Shown here piece by piece: positions 1 through 15,050 of a stretch of 38,761 nt of DNA. Made by a program: the position numbers and the translations under genes. Source of the DNA: Candidatus Nanopelagicales bacterium (GTDB lineage: Bacteria > Actinomycetota > Actinomycetes > S36-B12). The stretch lies in contig JBMOIL010000003.1 in NCBI GenBank assembly GCA_049317345.1, forward strand, positions 1-38,761, given 5' to 3'. Each line of letters begins with the position of its first letter. Within the stretch, counting starts at the first letter, position 1. Below the pieces are notes generated by a model. It ran no database searches. It saw only the letters and a list, made by a program, of their open reading frames with translations, and had not been told where the DNA came from.

Positions 1-2
1 AG

Positions 3-782
3 CTGCCCGACATCACCGAGTTCGCCCGCACCTACCTCGGCGTCGATCCCGTCACGGAGCTCGTGCCGGTCTTCCCCACGGCCCACTACGCCATGGGCGG
101 CATGCCCACCAACGTCGAGACCGAGGTCCTCTCCGACAACGACACGGTCGTGCCTGGTCTCTACGCCGCGGGCGAGGTGGCCTGCGTGTCCGTCCACGGC
201 GCCAATCGTCTCGGCACCAATTCCCTCCTCGACATCAACGTCTTCGGCCGTCGCGCCGGCATCGTTGCGGCCGAGTTCGCCAACTCACACGACTTCGTGC
301 CACTGCCCGAGGACCCGGCGGCGTACACCATCTCTCTCGTCGAGGGTCTGCGCTCGGGCTCGGGCGGCGAGCGCGTGGCGGCCATCCGCCGAGACCTACA
401 GCAGACGATGGACCTCAATGCGCAGGTCTACCGCACCGAGGCGACGCTCAAGCAGGCCCTTACCGACATCCATGAACTGCGTCGGCGATACCGCCACATC
501 GCCGTTCAGGATAAGGGTGCGCGCTACAACACCGACCTCCTCGAGGCCATCGAGCTGGGCTTCCTCCTCGACCTGGCCGAGGTGACCGTCGTCGGCGCAT
601 TGGAGCGCAAGGAGTCGCGTGGCGGACACGCGCGCGAGGACTACCCCAACCGCGATGACGTCAACTACATGCGCCACACCATGGCCTACCGCATCCCGGG
701 GGCGGGCGACGAGTCGGCGGTTCGCGTCGACTACAAGCCCGTCATCGTCACCCGCTACCAGCCAATGGAGCGCAAGTACTGA
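3..782 (+). CDS. sdhA: Succinate dehydrogenase flavoprotein subunit, 5'-truncated by the window edge
   Basis: Frame is open from base 3 (LPDITEFARTYLGVDP...). Motifs PTAHYAMGG, GLYAAGEVACVSVHGANRLGTNSL, ERKESRGGHAR and C-terminal ERKY. Confidence 0.97.
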   Translation: MPDITEFARTYLGVDPVTELVPVFPTAHYAMGGMPTNVETEVLSDNDTVVPGLYAAGEVACVSVHGANRLGTNSLLDINVFGRRAGIVAAEFANSHDFVPLPEDPAAYTISLVEGLRSGSGGERVAAIRRDLQQTMDLNAQVYRTEATLKQALTDIHELRRRYRHIAVQDKGARYNTDLLEAIELGFLLDLAEVTVVGALERKESRGGHAREDYPNRDDVNYMRHTMAYRIPGAGDESAVRVDYKPVIVTRYQPMERKY

Positions 783-1540
783 TGACTGCCACCCTCGAGA
801 CCACCGCCACTGCCGAAACGCCCGAGCGCATCGAGCCGCGCGACGTCACCTTCAAGATCCGGCGCTTCATTCCGGAGATCGACGAGGAGCCGCACTGGGA
901 AGAGTACGTCGTCTCGGCGTATCCCACCGATCGCGTGCTCGATGCGCTGATGAAGATCAAGGGCGAGCAGGACGGCACGCTCACCTTCCGCCGCTCATGC
1001 GGTCACGGCGTCTGTGGATCCGACGCGATGCGCATCAACGGACGCAACCGGCTCGCCTGCAAGACCCTCATCAAGGACCTCGGCTCGGGCGAGGTCACCG
1101 TGGAGGCGATCAAGGGACTGCCCCTCGAGAAGGATCTCGTCGTCGACATGGAGCCCTTCTTCGCCGCCTACCGCGCGGTGAAGCCCTTCCTCATCCCCGA
1201 GGGCCACGAGCCGACGAAGGAGCGCCTGCAGTCCGCGGAGGACCGTGCGGTCTTCGACGACACCACGAAGTGCATCCTCTGCGCCGCCTGCACGACCTCC
1301 TGCCCGGTCTTTTGGACCGACGGGGAGTACTTCGGTCCGGCTGCCATCGTCGCCGCCCACCGATTCATCTTCGATTCGCGCGACGCCGCTGCGGAGACTC
1401 GCCTGGAGATCCTCAACGAGAAGGAAGGCGTCTGGCGCTGCCGCACCACCTTCAACTGCACGGATGCCTGCCCTCGCGGTATCGAGGTGACCAAGGCCAT
1501 TCAGCAGGTCAAGCGCGCACTCATCTTCCGCCGCGTCTGA
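782..1540 (+). CDS. sdhB: Succinate dehydrogenase iron-sulfur subunit
   Basis: Fe-S motifs RRSCGHGVCGSD, CILCAACTTSCP and CRTTFNCTDACP. TGATG overlap with sdhA. Confidence 0.97.
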   Translation: MTATLETTATAETPERIEPRDVTFKIRRFIPEIDEEPHWEEYVVSAYPTDRVLDALMKIKGEQDGTLTFRRSCGHGVCGSDAMRINGRNRLACKTLIKDLGSGEVTVEAIKGLPLEKDLVVDMEPFFAAYRAVKPFLIPEGHEPTKERLQSAEDRAVFDDTTKCILCAACTTSCPVFWTDGEYFGPAAIVAAHRFIFDSRDAAAETRLEILNEKEGVWRCRTTFNCTDACPRGIEVTKAIQQVKRALIFRRV

Positions 1541-1602
1541 CGGCACGCCACGCCGCGTTGATGAGGCATCCCGGCAGCCACCGAAGTTAGTCTGGGCGGA
1601 CC

Positions 1603-2829
1603 ATGCGCCGCTCACTCGCCGCCGTCGCTGCCGCCCTTGCCGCGGGGCCCCTACTGCTGGCGGCCCCCCACGCCTACGCCGAGCCCATCGGGGGCCCGCT
1701 TCTCACCGGCAGCGATGTGATCGTCGATCCGGGACCCACGGCTGATCCCTTGCCCGAGATCCCCGTCAGCGCCTGGGTGCTTGCCGATCTGGAGAGCGGT
1801 GCGATCCTCGCCGCCAAGGCGCCCCACGCGCAGCGACCCCCCGCCTCGGTCCTCAAGACACTCACGGCGGTCACGCTCGCTTCTCGCCTGGATCCCGAAC
1901 TTGTCTACACCACGACGTACGACGATGTCGCCGTCGAGGGAAGCCGGGTAGGCCTGGTGGAGGAGGCGACGTACACCGTCCGCGAACTCTTCCTCTGCCT
2001 CATGATGCAAAGTGGCAACGACTGTGCCTCGGCGCTCGCTCAGGCCAATGGCGGCTTCGAGCTCACCGTCGCTCAGATGAACGAGGAAGCCCAGCGCCTC
2101 CAGGCCTACGACACGGTTGCGATGAATCCCAGTGGGCTACCCGCCGAGGGACAGCTGAGCTCGGCGTACGACCTGGCACTCTTCGCTCGCGAGGGCCTCT
2201 CCCGACCCGACTTCTTCGAATACGTCAACACTCGCGTGATCGAGGATTTCCCCGGCTACATGCCCGACAAGCCCGGCGATCCGCGGCCGACCATGCCCAT
2301 CGCGACGCAGAACCCGCTGTTCATCCAGGGCTACGAGGGCGCTATCGGCGTCAAGACCGGCTGGACGACGGAGGCGGGCCGCACCTATATCGGCGCCGCG
2401 GAACGCGGTGGCACGAGTCTCGTGGTGACCATGCTCAACATCGACGGCGAGATCTATCCTTCCGCTTCCGCACTCCTGGACTGGGGCTTCGCCAACATCG
2501 ACGCAGTCACGCCCGTTGGCTACCTCGTAGATCCCGTCGAAGCCACCTCGGCAGGCAGCGGCTCCGCCGAGGTCTCGTCACCCGCAGTCGAGGAGTCCGC
2601 AGCCGATGCCGGCACCGCAGCAGGTGCGGAGGAGACAACCGCTGCTGCCGGGGCGACGACCTCGCCGAACTGGGGCTGGGTGTGGACCCTCGTCGGAGCG
2701 ATGGTCGTGGGTGTGATCCTCATCGTGCTCGGCCTGCGCAGTCTTCGCGGTCCAGCTCCACGCGGCGGAGGAAGGCGAGCACGCACCGAGGAGCACGACG
2801 AGGTCGAGCGCGACTACGCGCGCCACTGA
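1603..2829 (+). CDS. D-alanyl-D-alanine carboxypeptidase (peptidase S11, low-MW PBP) with signal peptide and C-terminal membrane anchor
   Basis: SxxK (ASVLK), SxN (SGN) and KTG (VKTGWT) motifs. N-terminal signal ending AYA, Ala/Ser/Thr linker, C-terminal TM helix and basic tail. Confidence 0.92.
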   Translation: MRRSLAAVAAALAAGPLLLAAPHAYAEPIGGPLLTGSDVIVDPGPTADPLPEIPVSAWVLADLESGAILAAKAPHAQRPPASVLKTLTAVTLASRLDPELVYTTTYDDVAVEGSRVGLVEEATYTVRELFLCLMMQSGNDCASALAQANGGFELTVAQMNEEAQRLQAYDTVAMNPSGLPAEGQLSSAYDLALFAREGLSRPDFFEYVNTRVIEDFPGYMPDKPGDPRPTMPIATQNPLFIQGYEGAIGVKTGWTTEAGRTYIGAAERGGTSLVVTMLNIDGEIYPSASALLDWGFANIDAVTPVGYLVDPVEATSAGSGSAEVSSPAVEESAADAGTAAGAEETTAAAGATTSPNWGWVWTLVGAMVVGVILIVLGLRSLRGPAPRGGGRRARTEEHDEVERDYARH

Positions 2830-2838
2830 CGGCGCGGC

Positions 2839-5685
<2,847 letters not shown>

Positions 5686-5692
5686 CCGGTAG

Positions 5693-5698
5693 AGGATA
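5693..5698 (-). promoter_or_regulatory. -10 hexamer TATCCT, leaderless-type promoter of the CNNM gene
   Basis: TANNNT 7 nt before the GTG start, with no SD. Confidence 0.55.
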
Positions 5699-5706
5699 CG
5701 GGGTGG

Positions 5707-6555
5707 TCAGCCGAAGACGACTGTGAGCGGTGCGTGATCGCTCCAGCGCTCCGCATACGTGGGCGCTTTGCCCACGACAGCCTCACGAGCACGAGCAGCG
5801 AGGCCCGGCGTAGCGATCTGATAGTCGATGCGCCACCCGCCGTCGGTGTCGAAGCCGCGGCCACGCCACGACCACCACGTGTAGGGGCCTGGACCTGGGC
5901 CGCCGAGCGTGCGCCCCAGGTCAGACCACGGGCCCGGCTTGCTTCCTGGCGCGCCGAACCACCTATCGAGGTAGGCGCGTTCCCCGGGGAGGAAGCCGGC
6001 CTTGTCTCGGTTGCCCTTCCAGTTCTTGATGTCCACCTCGGCGTGCGCGACATTGAAGTCGCCCGTTACGAGCACATGACCCTTGTCTCGCGATGCTCGC
6101 CGGCGAAGTGCTGCAAGCCTGCGATCCATGGCATCGAGGAAGCGGAACTTCTCGTCCTGCTTGGGTGTCTCCGCCTCACCCGTGTGCACGTACGCCGAGA
6201 CGACAGTGACCAGCCCAAGCGAAGTCTCGAGGTCGACCTCGATCCACCGGCCCTGCTGCGCGAACTCCCGCTCGCCTAGGCCCTCCCGCACCGCGACGGG
6301 CTGCTCCCTGCTGAGGACAGCGACGCCATTGCGGCCCAAGCTCGCGGATGCACTGTGAGACACGTGCATGCCGGAGAGACGGCTCTCGACGAGCTGCTCG
6401 TGCACCTGATCGTGAGTTGCCCGCACCTCTTGGAGGCAGATGACATCGGCCTTCGCGTCGGCGAGCCAGTCGAGCCCCCCACGACGGGCCGCAGCACGAA
6501 TTCCGTTGACGTTGGCTGTGATCGCGACGAAGGCGACACCCTTGGCGCGCGCCAA
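5707..6555 (-). CDS. xth: Exodeoxyribonuclease III / AP endonuclease
   Basis: NVNGIRA, CLQE, GDFNVAH, YTWWS, WRIDY and SDHAP motifs. The TTG start is uncertain. Confidence 0.93.
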   Translation of the reverse strand: MARAKGVAFVAITANVNGIRAAARRGGLDWLADAKADVICLQEVRATHDQVHEQLVESRLSGMHVSHSASASLGRNGVAVLSREQPVAVREGLGEREFAQQGRWIEVDLETSLGLVTVVSAYVHTGEAETPKQDEKFRFLDAMDRRLAALRRRASRDKGHVLVTGDFNVAHAEVDIKNWKGNRDKAGFLPGERAYLDRWFGAPGSKPGPWSDLGRTLGGPGPGPYTWWSWRGRGFDTDGGWRIDYQIATPGLAARAREAVVGKAPTYAERWSDHAPLTVVFG

Positions 6556-6558
6556 ACC

Positions 6559-7773
6559 TCAGGCCATCGCCTTCTGGAGGTTCGAGTCGATGGCCGCGAG
6601 GAAGTCCTGCGTCGTGAGCCAGGGCTGATCGGGGCCGACGAGGAGCGCGAGGTCCTTGGTCATCTGACCGCTCTCCACGGTCTCGATGCAGACGCGCTCC
6701 AGCGTCTGGGCGAAGGCCGAGACCTCAGGGGTGCCGTCGAGCTTGCCGCGGTGCGCCAAGCCCTGGGTCCAGGCGAAGATCGATGCGACGGGGTTGGTCG
6801 AGGTGGCCTCGCCACGCTGGTGCTGCCGGTAGTGGCGCGTCACCGTGCCATGCGCAGCCTCGGCCTCGACGGTGCGACCATCCGGTGTCATGAGCACGCT
6901 CGTCATGAGGCCCAGCGATCCGAAGCCCTGGGCCACGGTGTCGGACTGCACGTCGCCGTCGTAGTTCTTGCAGGCCCAGACGTAGCCGCCCTCCCACTTC
7001 AGCGCGCTGGCCACCATGTCGTCGATGAGCCGGTGCTCGTAGGTGAGCCCAGCCGCATCGAACTCTGCCTTGAACTCCGCATCGAAGATCTCGGCGAAGA
7101 TGTCCTTGAATCGACCGTCGTACGCCTTGAGGATCGTGTTCTTCGTCGACATGTAGACGGGGTACTCGCGCGCCAAGCCGTAGCGGAAGGATGCGCGGGC
7201 GAAGTCGCGGATGGAATCGTCGAGGTTGTACATCCCCATGGCCACACCCGGATCGGGGAATTCGAAGATCTGGAATTCCATCGGCTCCGAGCCATCAGCG
7301 GGAGTGAAGGTCATGGTGAGCGTCCCGGGACCGGGCACCTTGAAGTCGGTGGCGCGGTACTGATCGCCGAAGGCATGGCGTCCCACGATGATCGGCTTGG
7401 TCCAGGTGGGCACCAGCCGGGGAATGTTGGACATGATGATCGGCTCGCGGAAGATCACGCCGCCGAGGATGTTGCGGATCGTGCCGTTGGGCGACTTCCA
7501 CATCTTCTTGAGGCCGAACTCATCCACACGGGCCTCGTCCGGAGTGATCGTCGCGCACTTGACGCCCACGCCGTATTCGAGGATGGCGTGAGCAGCATCG
7601 ATGGTCACCTGATCATCGGTGGCATCCCGGTGCTCGATGCCCAGGTCGTAGTAACGCAGGTCGACATCGAGGTAGGGAAGGATCAACTGGTCCTTGATGA
7701 ACTGCCAGATGATGCGGGTCATCTCGTCGCCGTCAAGCTCGACGACCGGATTGATCACCTTGATCTTCGACAC
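6559..7773 (-). CDS. icd: NADP-dependent isocitrate dehydrogenase (homodimeric, eukaryote-like type)
   Basis: [41 protein letters not shown] and [12 protein letters not shown] motifs. SD-like AGGAAAGAG upstream. Confidence 0.97.
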   Translation of the reverse strand: MSKIKVINPVVELDGDEMTRIIWQFIKDQLILPYLDVDLRYYDLGIEHRDATDDQVTIDAAHAILEYGVGVKCATITPDEARVDEFGLKKMWKSPNGTIRNILGGVIFREPIIMSNIPRLVPTWTKPIIVGRHAFGDQYRATDFKVPGPGTLTMTFTPADGSEPMEFQIFEFPDPGVAMGMYNLDDSIRDFARASFRYGLAREYPVYMSTKNTILKAYDGRFKDIFAEIFDAEFKAEFDAAGLTYEHRLIDDMVASALKWEGGYVWACKNYDGDVQSDTVAQGFGSLGLMTSVLMTPDGRTVEAEAAHGTVTRHYRQHQRGEATSTNPVASIFAWTQGLAHRGKLDGTPEVSAFAQTLERVCIETVESGQMTKDLALLVGPDQPWLTTQDFLAAIDSNLQKAMA

Positions 7774-7811
7774 GATGAAGCTCTTTCCTGAGAGTGATGT
7801 GCGGTGCGGGA

Positions 7812-8843
<1,032 letters not shown>

Positions 8844-8866
8844 CTAGTCCCCGCACCTGTGGGCAC

Positions 8867-9172
8867 TCACGCAGGGGGAGGCACCCACAGGGAGAAGACA
8901 ACGAGCGCTGCGGCGAGCGTGCCGAGGACGACGAGATCCACCCTCTTGGAGCGCACGGCGAGCATTCCGGCTCGGTCTGCCGGGAGGATTAGGCGCAGGA
9001 CGAAGGCTAGGACGAGGCTCGCAGCGAGCATGAGAGAGCCCAGGCGGAAGCGGTCCAGGGCGACCACTGCAAGCGAGGCCACGACGCCGATCAGGACGAC
9101 GGTGAGAGGCCACTGCGCCCACCAGCGGCGCCGGCGCGGCCGGAGCTGGTGGATCTCTGCCATGCCGCTCAT
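8867..9172 (-). CDS. DUF3017-like small membrane protein
   Basis: Three hydrophobic segments, QWP...LRLILP...AGMLAVRS..D signature, and position directly downstream of folD as is typical in actinobacteria. Confidence 0.8.
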   Translation of the reverse strand: MSGMAEIHQLRPRRRRWWAQWPLTVVLIGVVASLAVVALDRFRLGSLMLAASLVLAFVLRLILPADRAGMLAVRSKRVDLVVLGTLAAALVVFSLWVPPPA

Positions 9173-9178
9173 GCGAGC

Positions 9179-9184
9179 AGCCTA
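9179..9184 (-). promoter_or_regulatory. -10 hexamer TAGGCT built on the folD stop codon
   Basis: TANNNT 6 nt before the DUF3017 ATG. Confidence 0.5.
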
Positions 9185-10027
9185 CGACCGCTCAGCCGCC
9201 TCGACGACGTTGGCGAGGAGCATCGCCCGTGTCATCGGGCCGGTGCCACCGGGCATCGGGGCGATCCAGCCGGCGACCTCGCCACATGCTGGATCCACGT
9301 CACCAACCAGCCCAGCGTCCGTGCGCGTGATGCCGACGTCGACCAGGGCCGCCCCCGGCTTGATGATGTCGGGGCTGATCACATGCGGCACACCCGCGGC
9401 AGCCACGACGATGTCAGCGGCTGCGACGTGCTTGGCCATGTCCTTGGTGCCGGTGTGGCACAGGGTCACGGTGGCGTTCTCCTGCCGCCGAGTGAGCAGA
9501 AGGCCCAGCGGCCTGCCCACGGTGATGCCGCGACCCACGATGCACACCTCTGCGCCCGCGATCGGGACGTCGTAGGCACGAAGCAACTCGACGATGCCCC
9601 GCGGTGTGCAAGGGAGGGGTGCCTCGACGCCGAGAACGAGCCGACCGAGATTCATCGGGTGCAGACCGTCGGCATCCTTCGCCGGGTCCATGATCTCGAG
9701 AACCCGATTGCTGTCGAGTCCCTTGGGCAGCGGCAGTTGGACGATGTAGCCGGTCACGGCCGGATCGTCATTGAGTCGTCGCACCTGATCCTCGACCTCA
9801 GCCTGGGTGGCGGTCGCAGGCATGTCGACGCGGATGGAGGCGATGCCGACCTCAGCACAGTCCTTGTGCTTGCCACCGACGTAGGCATGGCTGCCCGGAT
9901 CGTCACCCACCAGGACCGTGGCAAGACCGGGGGTGATCCCGCGCTCGCCCAGAGCTGCCACGCGGACGGCAAGGTCCGTCTTCACTGCGGCCGCGGTGGC
10001 CTTGCCATCGAGGACTGTCGCTGTCAT
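9182..10027 (-). CDS. folD: Bifunctional methylenetetrahydrofolate dehydrogenase/cyclohydrolase
   Basis: [31 protein letters not shown] and [13 protein letters not shown] motifs. Start placed at ATG 10027. Confidence 0.96.
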   Translation of the reverse strand: MTATVLDGKATAAAVKTDLAVRVAALGERGITPGLATVLVGDDPGSHAYVGGKHKDCAEVGIASIRVDMPATATQAEVEDQVRRLNDDPAVTGYIVQLPLPKGLDSNRVLEIMDPAKDADGLHPMNLGRLVLGVEAPLPCTPRGIVELLRAYDVPIAGAEVCIVGRGITVGRPLGLLLTRRQENATVTLCHTGTKDMAKHVAAADIVVAAAGVPHVISPDIIKPGAALVDVGITRTDAGLVGDVDPACGEVAGWIAPMPGGTGPMTRAMLLANVVEAAERS

Positions 10028-10034
10028 GACGTCG

Positions 10035-10040
10035 AATCTA
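10035..10040 (-). promoter_or_regulatory. -10 hexamer TAGATT built on the DMT gene stop codon
   Basis: TANNNT 7 nt before the folD ATG, with no SD. Confidence 0.55.
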
Positions 10041-11015
10041 GTGACTCCTCGTGCCGCGCATCCGAGGGGCCCATGACGACAAGCCACCGATGGCGACCGC
10101 CACACCGGCCAGCAGGACGCCGATGATGAGCGTCACGTGGAAGGTGACGCCGTCAGCCGGGGCCAGCCAGTCGAGCAGCACGGCACCCGTGAGCTGGCCC
10201 GCGATAGTGAGGAGGGCGAAGAGCAGGACGCCGAGGCGCTGGACAACCCACGCAGCAGCCGCGATGAAGAGGACTCCGATGGTGCCGCCGATGTAGAGCC
10301 ACCAGGGTCCTGGAGGAAGGGCACCGGGATCGAAGTCGGTGAGCGACCAGGCAAGTCCTAGCGCCACGCCGAGCATCACCGTGCCCAGAGTGAAGTTGAG
10401 CCAGGCGGCCGTCCAGGCGTTGCGCGCTGCCGCCCCGACGCGACCATTGATCGCCTGCTGCACCGCGATGACAAGGCCCGCGATCAAGGCCGCGACCACA
10501 GCGAACGTCGAGCCCTCCACACCGCCTCCGAGGCGATCCGACACCGCAACGACAACCGCTGCGACCGCAAGGATCGCGGAGACCACACGCGCCGGCGTAA
10601 TCGCCTGACGCCCCGCGGGCCCCAGCCCAAGGCGGTCCACCACGATGCTGTTGGAGACCTGTCCCGCGACCACCGCGACCGTGAAGATGGCCACGCCAAT
10701 GAGCGGCACGGTGGCACTCTGGACGGCGACAAAGAATCCACCGAGCAGTCCACCGATCACCTGCCACCAGCGCAGGGACCCGGCTCGGAGTCCTTGCTTC
10801 ACGCTTGCGAGGCCGCGGCGAACACTCGGACTCGCGAGGAGGATCAACGTGAGGAGGATCCACCCCGTGCCGAAGCTCACGATCGCGGCCTGCAATCCGC
10901 TGTCAGTGACATCGGCCAACTCACCGTTGACTCGCGACTGCAGCGCCGTCAGTGCTCCCACGGCGAGGGCGGTGCCCGCAGCCACAAGCGCGTGACCACC
11001 CAGACTCCCTGTCAC
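10038..11015 (-). CDS. DMT superfamily transporter (duplicated YdcZ/DUF606-like domain)
   Basis: About ten TM helices in two homologous halves (ALQSRVNG / AVQQAING; WW..IGG..G; AGQ......D). GTG start at 11015 is approximate. Confidence 0.85.
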   Translation of the reverse strand: MTGSLGGHALVAAGTALAVGALTALQSRVNGELADVTDSGLQAAIVSFGTGWILLTLILLASPSVRRGLASVKQGLRAGSLRWWQVIGGLLGGFFVAVQSATVPLIGVAIFTVAVVAGQVSNSIVVDRLGLGPAGRQAITPARVVSAILAVAAVVVAVSDRLGGGVEGSTFAVVAALIAGLVIAVQQAINGRVGAAARNAWTAAWLNFTLGTVMLGVALGLAWSLTDFDPGALPPGPWWLYIGGTIGVLFIAAAAWVVQRLGVLLFALLTIAGQLTGAVLLDWLAPADGVTFHVTLIIGVLLAGVAVAIGGLSSWAPRMRGTRSH

Positions 11016-11043
11016 GTGCGTATCCGGGTGACCATCATGCGTC

Positions 11044-12612
11044 TCAATGGAAGAAGTGGCGAGTGGCAGTGAGATACATGCTCGCTCCGGCAGCCTCCGC
11101 TGCCGCGATGACCTCCTCATCGCGCACGGACCCTCCCGGCTGGACGATGGCACGCACCCCCGCGGTGAGGAGCACCTCTAGTCCGTCGGGGAAGGGGAAG
11201 AACGCGTCCGAAGCAGCTACTGCGCCGCGGGCACGATCCTCACCCGCCCGCGCCACGGCGAGGCGGGCGGCATCGACGCGATTGACCTGTCCCATGCCGA
11301 TGCCGACGGCCGCACCGTCCTTGGCCAGCAGAATCGCGTTGGACTTCGGCGCGCGGACTGACCGCCAGGCGAAGGCAAGATCCTCCATCGTCGCGGCATC
11401 GACGGGCGCACCTGCGACCAGGCGCCAGGTGGCGGGGTCGTCACCGTCTGCTCGCAGATCATCGGCCCCCTGCAGGAGGACACCGCCGGAGATGGGCCGC
11501 AGATCCGCCCACCCACGCTCGGGACGCGCCTGGGCGCGCAAGATCCGCAGCCCCTTGCGCTCGGTGAGGATGGCCAGTGCCGCCTCCTCGTAATCGGGTG
11601 CGACAACGACCTCCGTGAACACGTCAGCCATTGCCTCGGCCATGGCCCGTGACACCGGACGATTGGCCGCGACCACTCCCCCGAATGCCGAGACCGGATC
11701 GGTGGCGAACGACTTGTCATAGGCGTCGGCAATATCCGCACCCACCGCGATGCCGCACGGATTTGCGTGCTTGATGATGGCGACGGCTGCCTGCCCGTGG
11801 TCATATGCGGCACGCCATGCCGCATCGGCGTCGACGTAGTTGTTGTAGGACATCTCCTTGCCGTGCAACTGTTCCGCACGAGCAAGGCCGGGACGCGAGA
11901 AGTCCGCGGCGTAGACAGCTGCCGACTGATGGGGATTCTCTCCGTAGCGAAGGACGGCTTGCCGCTCCCATGCCTGGCCAAGCCAGCGCGGGAACCCCGA
12001 GCCGTCGGGCGCCACGACATTGCCCATCCACGTCGCTACAGCTACGTCGTAGGCGGCCGTGTGCGCGAAGGCCTCTGCGGCGAGCCGCTGGCGCTCCTCG
12101 AGGGTGAATCCGCCTGAACCCACAGCCTCGATCACTTCGGCGTAGTGGTCTGGATCGACCACGACAGCGACGCTCGCATGGTTCTTGGCCGATGCGCGGA
12201 CCATGGCGGGTCCGCCGATGTCGATCTGCTCGATGCAGTCATCAGGATCGGCGCCTGACGCCACCGTGCTCGTGAAGGGATAGAGGTTGACGACGACGAG
12301 CTCGAACGGCGCAATGCCAAGTTCGTCGAGCTGAGCCGCGTGCTCAGGCAAACGCATGTCGGCAAGGAGCCCTGCGTGCACGTGCGGGTGCAGTGTCTTG
12401 ACGCGGCCATCGAGGCACTCGGGGAAACCGGTGAGGTCGGAGACGGCGGTGACCGGCACACCCGCCTGCTCGATGTGCGCCGCAGTCGAACCGGTGGACA
12501 CGATCTCGACTCCGGCTTCGTGGAGGGCTGTCACGAGTCCGGGGAGGCCGGTCTTGTCGTACACCGAGATGAGGGCGCGGCGGATGGGTCGACGGGCTGA
12601 CTCTGCGCTCAC
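11044..12612 (-). CDS. purH: Bifunctional AICAR transformylase / IMP cyclohydrolase
   Basis: [41 protein letters not shown] and ASDAFFPF motifs. Confidence 0.97.
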   Translation of the reverse strand: MSAESARRPIRRALISVYDKTGLPGLVTALHEAGVEIVSTGSTAAHIEQAGVPVTAVSDLTGFPECLDGRVKTLHPHVHAGLLADMRLPEHAAQLDELGIAPFELVVVNLYPFTSTVASGADPDDCIEQIDIGGPAMVRASAKNHASVAVVVDPDHYAEVIEAVGSGGFTLEERQRLAAEAFAHTAAYDVAVATWMGNVVAPDGSGFPRWLGQAWERQAVLRYGENPHQSAAVYAADFSRPGLARAEQLHGKEMSYNNYVDADAAWRAAYDHGQAAVAIIKHANPCGIAVGADIADAYDKSFATDPVSAFGGVVAANRPVSRAMAEAMADVFTEVVVAPDYEEAALAILTERKGLRILRAQARPERGWADLRPISGGVLLQGADDLRADGDDPATWRLVAGAPVDAATMEDLAFAWRSVRAPKSNAILLAKDGAAVGIGMGQVNRVDAARLAVARAGEDRARGAVAASDAFFPFPDGLEVLLTAGVRAIVQPGGSVRDEEVIAAAEAAGASMYLTATRHFFH

Positions 12613-13205
12613 GGGATGGTCACCTTCCTACCGTCGACCGTGCAGCCCAGCGCGCACAGACGGGACACGATATCCACGAGGAGCGCTCGCTCGACCACCT
12701 TGATTCGCTCATGGAGAGATTGGTCATCGTCATCGTCAAGGATGTCCACGACCCCCTGGGCCAGGATCGGACCGGTATCGACACCGGAGTCGACCAGATG
12801 CACGGTGCAGCCCGTCACTCGCGCGCCGTAGGCCAATGCGTCGCGCACGCCGTGGGCGCCGGGGAATGCGGGGAGCAGCGCCGGGTGGGTGTTGACGATG
12901 CGCGAGGGGAAGGCGGCGAGCATCGATGCGCCCAGAATGCGCATGAAGCCGGCGCACACGACCCAGTCCGGGTCGAATTCCGCGACAGCCGATGCGAGAG
13001 CGGCATCCCACGCTGCACGATCGGGGTAGTCACCTGGGGAGACAACGGACGAGGACACCCCCGCCGCGGCTGCGCGATCGAGCCCACCGGCGTCGGATCG
13101 ATCGGAGATGACGCCCACGATGTCGAAGGAATCCTGTGGCTCGTCGATGAGCGCCTGGAGATTGGTCCCGCCCCCGGAGACGAGGACGACGAGGCGCGCG
13201 GGCAC
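12609..13205 (-). CDS. purN: Phosphoribosylglycinamide formyltransferase
   Basis: [28 protein letters not shown] and [16 protein letters not shown] motifs. GTGA overlap with purH. Confidence 0.96.
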   Translation of the reverse strand: MPARLVVLVSGGGTNLQALIDEPQDSFDIVGVISDRSDAGGLDRAAAAGVSSSVVSPGDYPDRAAWDAALASAVAEFDPDWVVCAGFMRILGASMLAAFPSRIVNTHPALLPAFPGAHGVRDALAYGARVTGCTVHLVDSGVDTGPILAQGVVDILDDDDDQSLHERIKVVERALLVDIVSRLCALGCTVDGRKVTIP

Positions 13206-13211
13206 GCCGCG

Positions 13212-13217
13212 ACCCTA
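13212..13217 (-). promoter_or_regulatory. -10 hexamer TAGGGT built on the RDD gene stop codon
   Basis: TANNNT 6 nt before the purN GTG. Confidence 0.55.
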
Positions 13218-13799
13218 CCGCCGCCGCGTTGATCCGGTACGTGCCATCACGACGACGTCATCGCCGAGATGATCGGCATAGCCGCGCAGAAGCCTGGTGC
13301 TGTCCCACAGGGGGGATAGTCCGACGACGAGGGTGACCAGCCATGCAAAGGGGCCGATGACGGGCACGAACCCCAGCAGGCCCGCAGCGCCGTAGAGCGC
13401 GAACCACCGTCGCGTCGCAAGGGCCCAGCCGGGTCGGGCCCCCGTGTCAGCGCGCACGCACCGGATCCCCACCGCCCAGCCGCCCAGCGTGCGTCCCCAG
13501 GAGGCCATCAGGGGGATCGTGTAAAGCGCGGTGAGAACAACAAGAACGGCCAGAGGGAGCCAGACGGGAAGGGCAATCGCCGAATCGACCGTGCGCTCCC
13601 CGGACTGGGCGTCTACGCGCACGCGAGTGATACCTGCGGTCACGCTCTCGAGCAGCGACGACACCACGCCCGCGGCGGCAACCAGCACGACCATGTCGAT
13701 CGCAGCACCCGCGATACGCCGAGACATCGGGGCGAGGGTGAATGCGGGCTTGGCCGTGCGCGCAACAGCGCGGCGCGGGACCCGAACGGTGCTAGCCAT
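13215..13799 (-). CDS. RDD family membrane protein
   Basis: LAPMSRRIAGAAID, GRTLGG...GIR and final GYADHLGDDVVV match the RDD pattern. Start placed at ATG 13799, overlapping the upstream stop. Confidence 0.8.
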   Translation of the reverse strand: MASTVRVPRRAVARTAKPAFTLAPMSRRIAGAAIDMVVLVAAAGVVSSLLESVTAGITRVRVDAQSGERTVDSAIALPVWLPLAVLVVLTALYTIPLMASWGRTLGGWAVGIRCVRADTGARPGWALATRRWFALYGAAGLLGFVPVIGPFAWLVTLVVGLSPLWDSTRLLRGYADHLGDDVVVMARTGSTRRR

Positions 13800-14952
13800 C
13801 GGATCGCCTCGCTGGCCACACCGCGACCGCAATGGATCCCAGGCCGACCAGCAGGGTGCCGGCAAGCGCGACGGGAATGGAAGAAGGACCGAGGCCCTGC
13901 AGGGTGGTGTTGCCCAGGGAGCCTGACGCGAGCCAGGCCGCCATCGCGAGGGTCGCCCCCGTGGCGATCGCGGAGCCGGCGGCGACGAGGCATCCCCGCA
14001 GGCCGATCTGGCCACGTCGCCTCAGGAGCGAGCCCGCCACAACTCCCGCAGCCACGGCAAGGACAGGGAGCAGGACCGCACCCGTAGGCGGCTGGTCCGG
14101 CAGAGCGGCGAGAAGGGGGAAGCCCGGAAGAGCTGCGGTGGAGGTGTCGACAAACGGCGACACAATCGTGCCGACCGACACGGTGACCCCTGGACCGAGC
14201 AGGTAAGCAAGCGACCACATCACCGCTATGGGGAGGTATCCCAGGGTGAGGACGGCCAGAAGGAGGAGTCCTGAGACCCCCGCATTCAACTCGACGAGCA
14301 GAGAGGTCATCTCATCGAAGCTGCCGATGATGGCGACGGTAAGCAGCATGCTGGCAGCGACCACGAGACTGAGGAGCGCAGCCCCGGTGGCGGCCAGGCC
14401 GTCACGCGCAGGGAAGGGGAGCGCGTCCAATGAGATCAGCCGCGCTTGACGCAGGATGACCAACGACGCGAGAGCACCTGCCACAAGGCCAGCCACGAGA
14501 GCCGTCCGTGCCGGTGAGATCCCGAGGTTGCGACTCATCGACGCGATGATCGCGCTCACGGCAGCGAAGCTCACGCCCACTGAGAGTGCGACAGCCAATG
14601 CTTCTCCCCGCCGGGCAACGGCGGAGGCGTCAGCAGCCCAGCGCGAGGCTGCGATCACGGCAATGAGCGGGAGAAGTGCGAAGCCCAGAGGGAGCAGCGT
14701 GAGCGATACGCCGGCCACGGTCGGCGCCTGGCCCAGCCCGGCGAGCCAGGCCCCGGACGCCACCTCGAGCATCTGGGTCCACTCCTGGGAGCCGGATGGG
14801 TCGAACATCCACGCCGCGAGGGCGACGACCACGAGGGCGAGATAGCTGAACACCGCCGCGGCGGCCCCTGCCGCGGCACCGGCCACCACGAGGGGCAGCG
14901 GTGCGGTAGGCGCCTGCCCCACGGGGGCGCCCGTTCGTGCGGTGAGGCTCAC
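13792..14952 (-). CDS. Integral membrane protein, DUF6350 / PerM-like
   Basis: Polytopic. TLLPLG, YLP...W..AYLLGPG and P.FPLLAALP signatures. Position between sucD and purN is typical of this family. Confidence 0.8.
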   Translation of the reverse strand: MSLTARTGAPVGQAPTAPLPLVVAGAAAGAAAAVFSYLALVVVALAAWMFDPSGSQEWTQMLEVASGAWLAGLGQAPTVAGVSLTLLPLGFALLPLIAVIAASRWAADASAVARRGEALAVALSVGVSFAAVSAIIASMSRNLGISPARTALVAGLVAGALASLVILRQARLISLDALPFPARDGLAATGAALLSLVVAASMLLTVAIIGSFDEMTSLLVELNAGVSGLLLLAVLTLGYLPIAVMWSLAYLLGPGVTVSVGTIVSPFVDTSTAALPGFPLLAALPDQPPTGAVLLPVLAVAAGVVAGSLLRRRGQIGLRGCLVAAGSAIATGATLAMAAWLASGSLGNTTLQGLGPSSIPVALAGTLLVGLGSIAVAVWPARRSDG

Positions 14953-15050
14953 CGGACAAGAGTGTCAGTCAAGGCGGGTTCGCCCCCGTAACGGCACGCG
15001 GGCATCGTGCGGCACAACAGCACCATCCGCAGCGGGATGGCGCTCAGGCA

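Noticed and set aside
6355-7791. Long antisense ORFs, also 8208-9575, 15938-17158, 25275-26756, 33520-34869 and 34909-36126
   Set aside because: Shadow frames opposite well-supported genes, expected from high-GC codon bias. No recognisable motifs.
13206-13217. ZTP, purine or THF riboswitches before purN, guaA or folD
   Set aside because: The intergenic gaps are only 9-13 bp and the genes appear leaderless, so there is no room.
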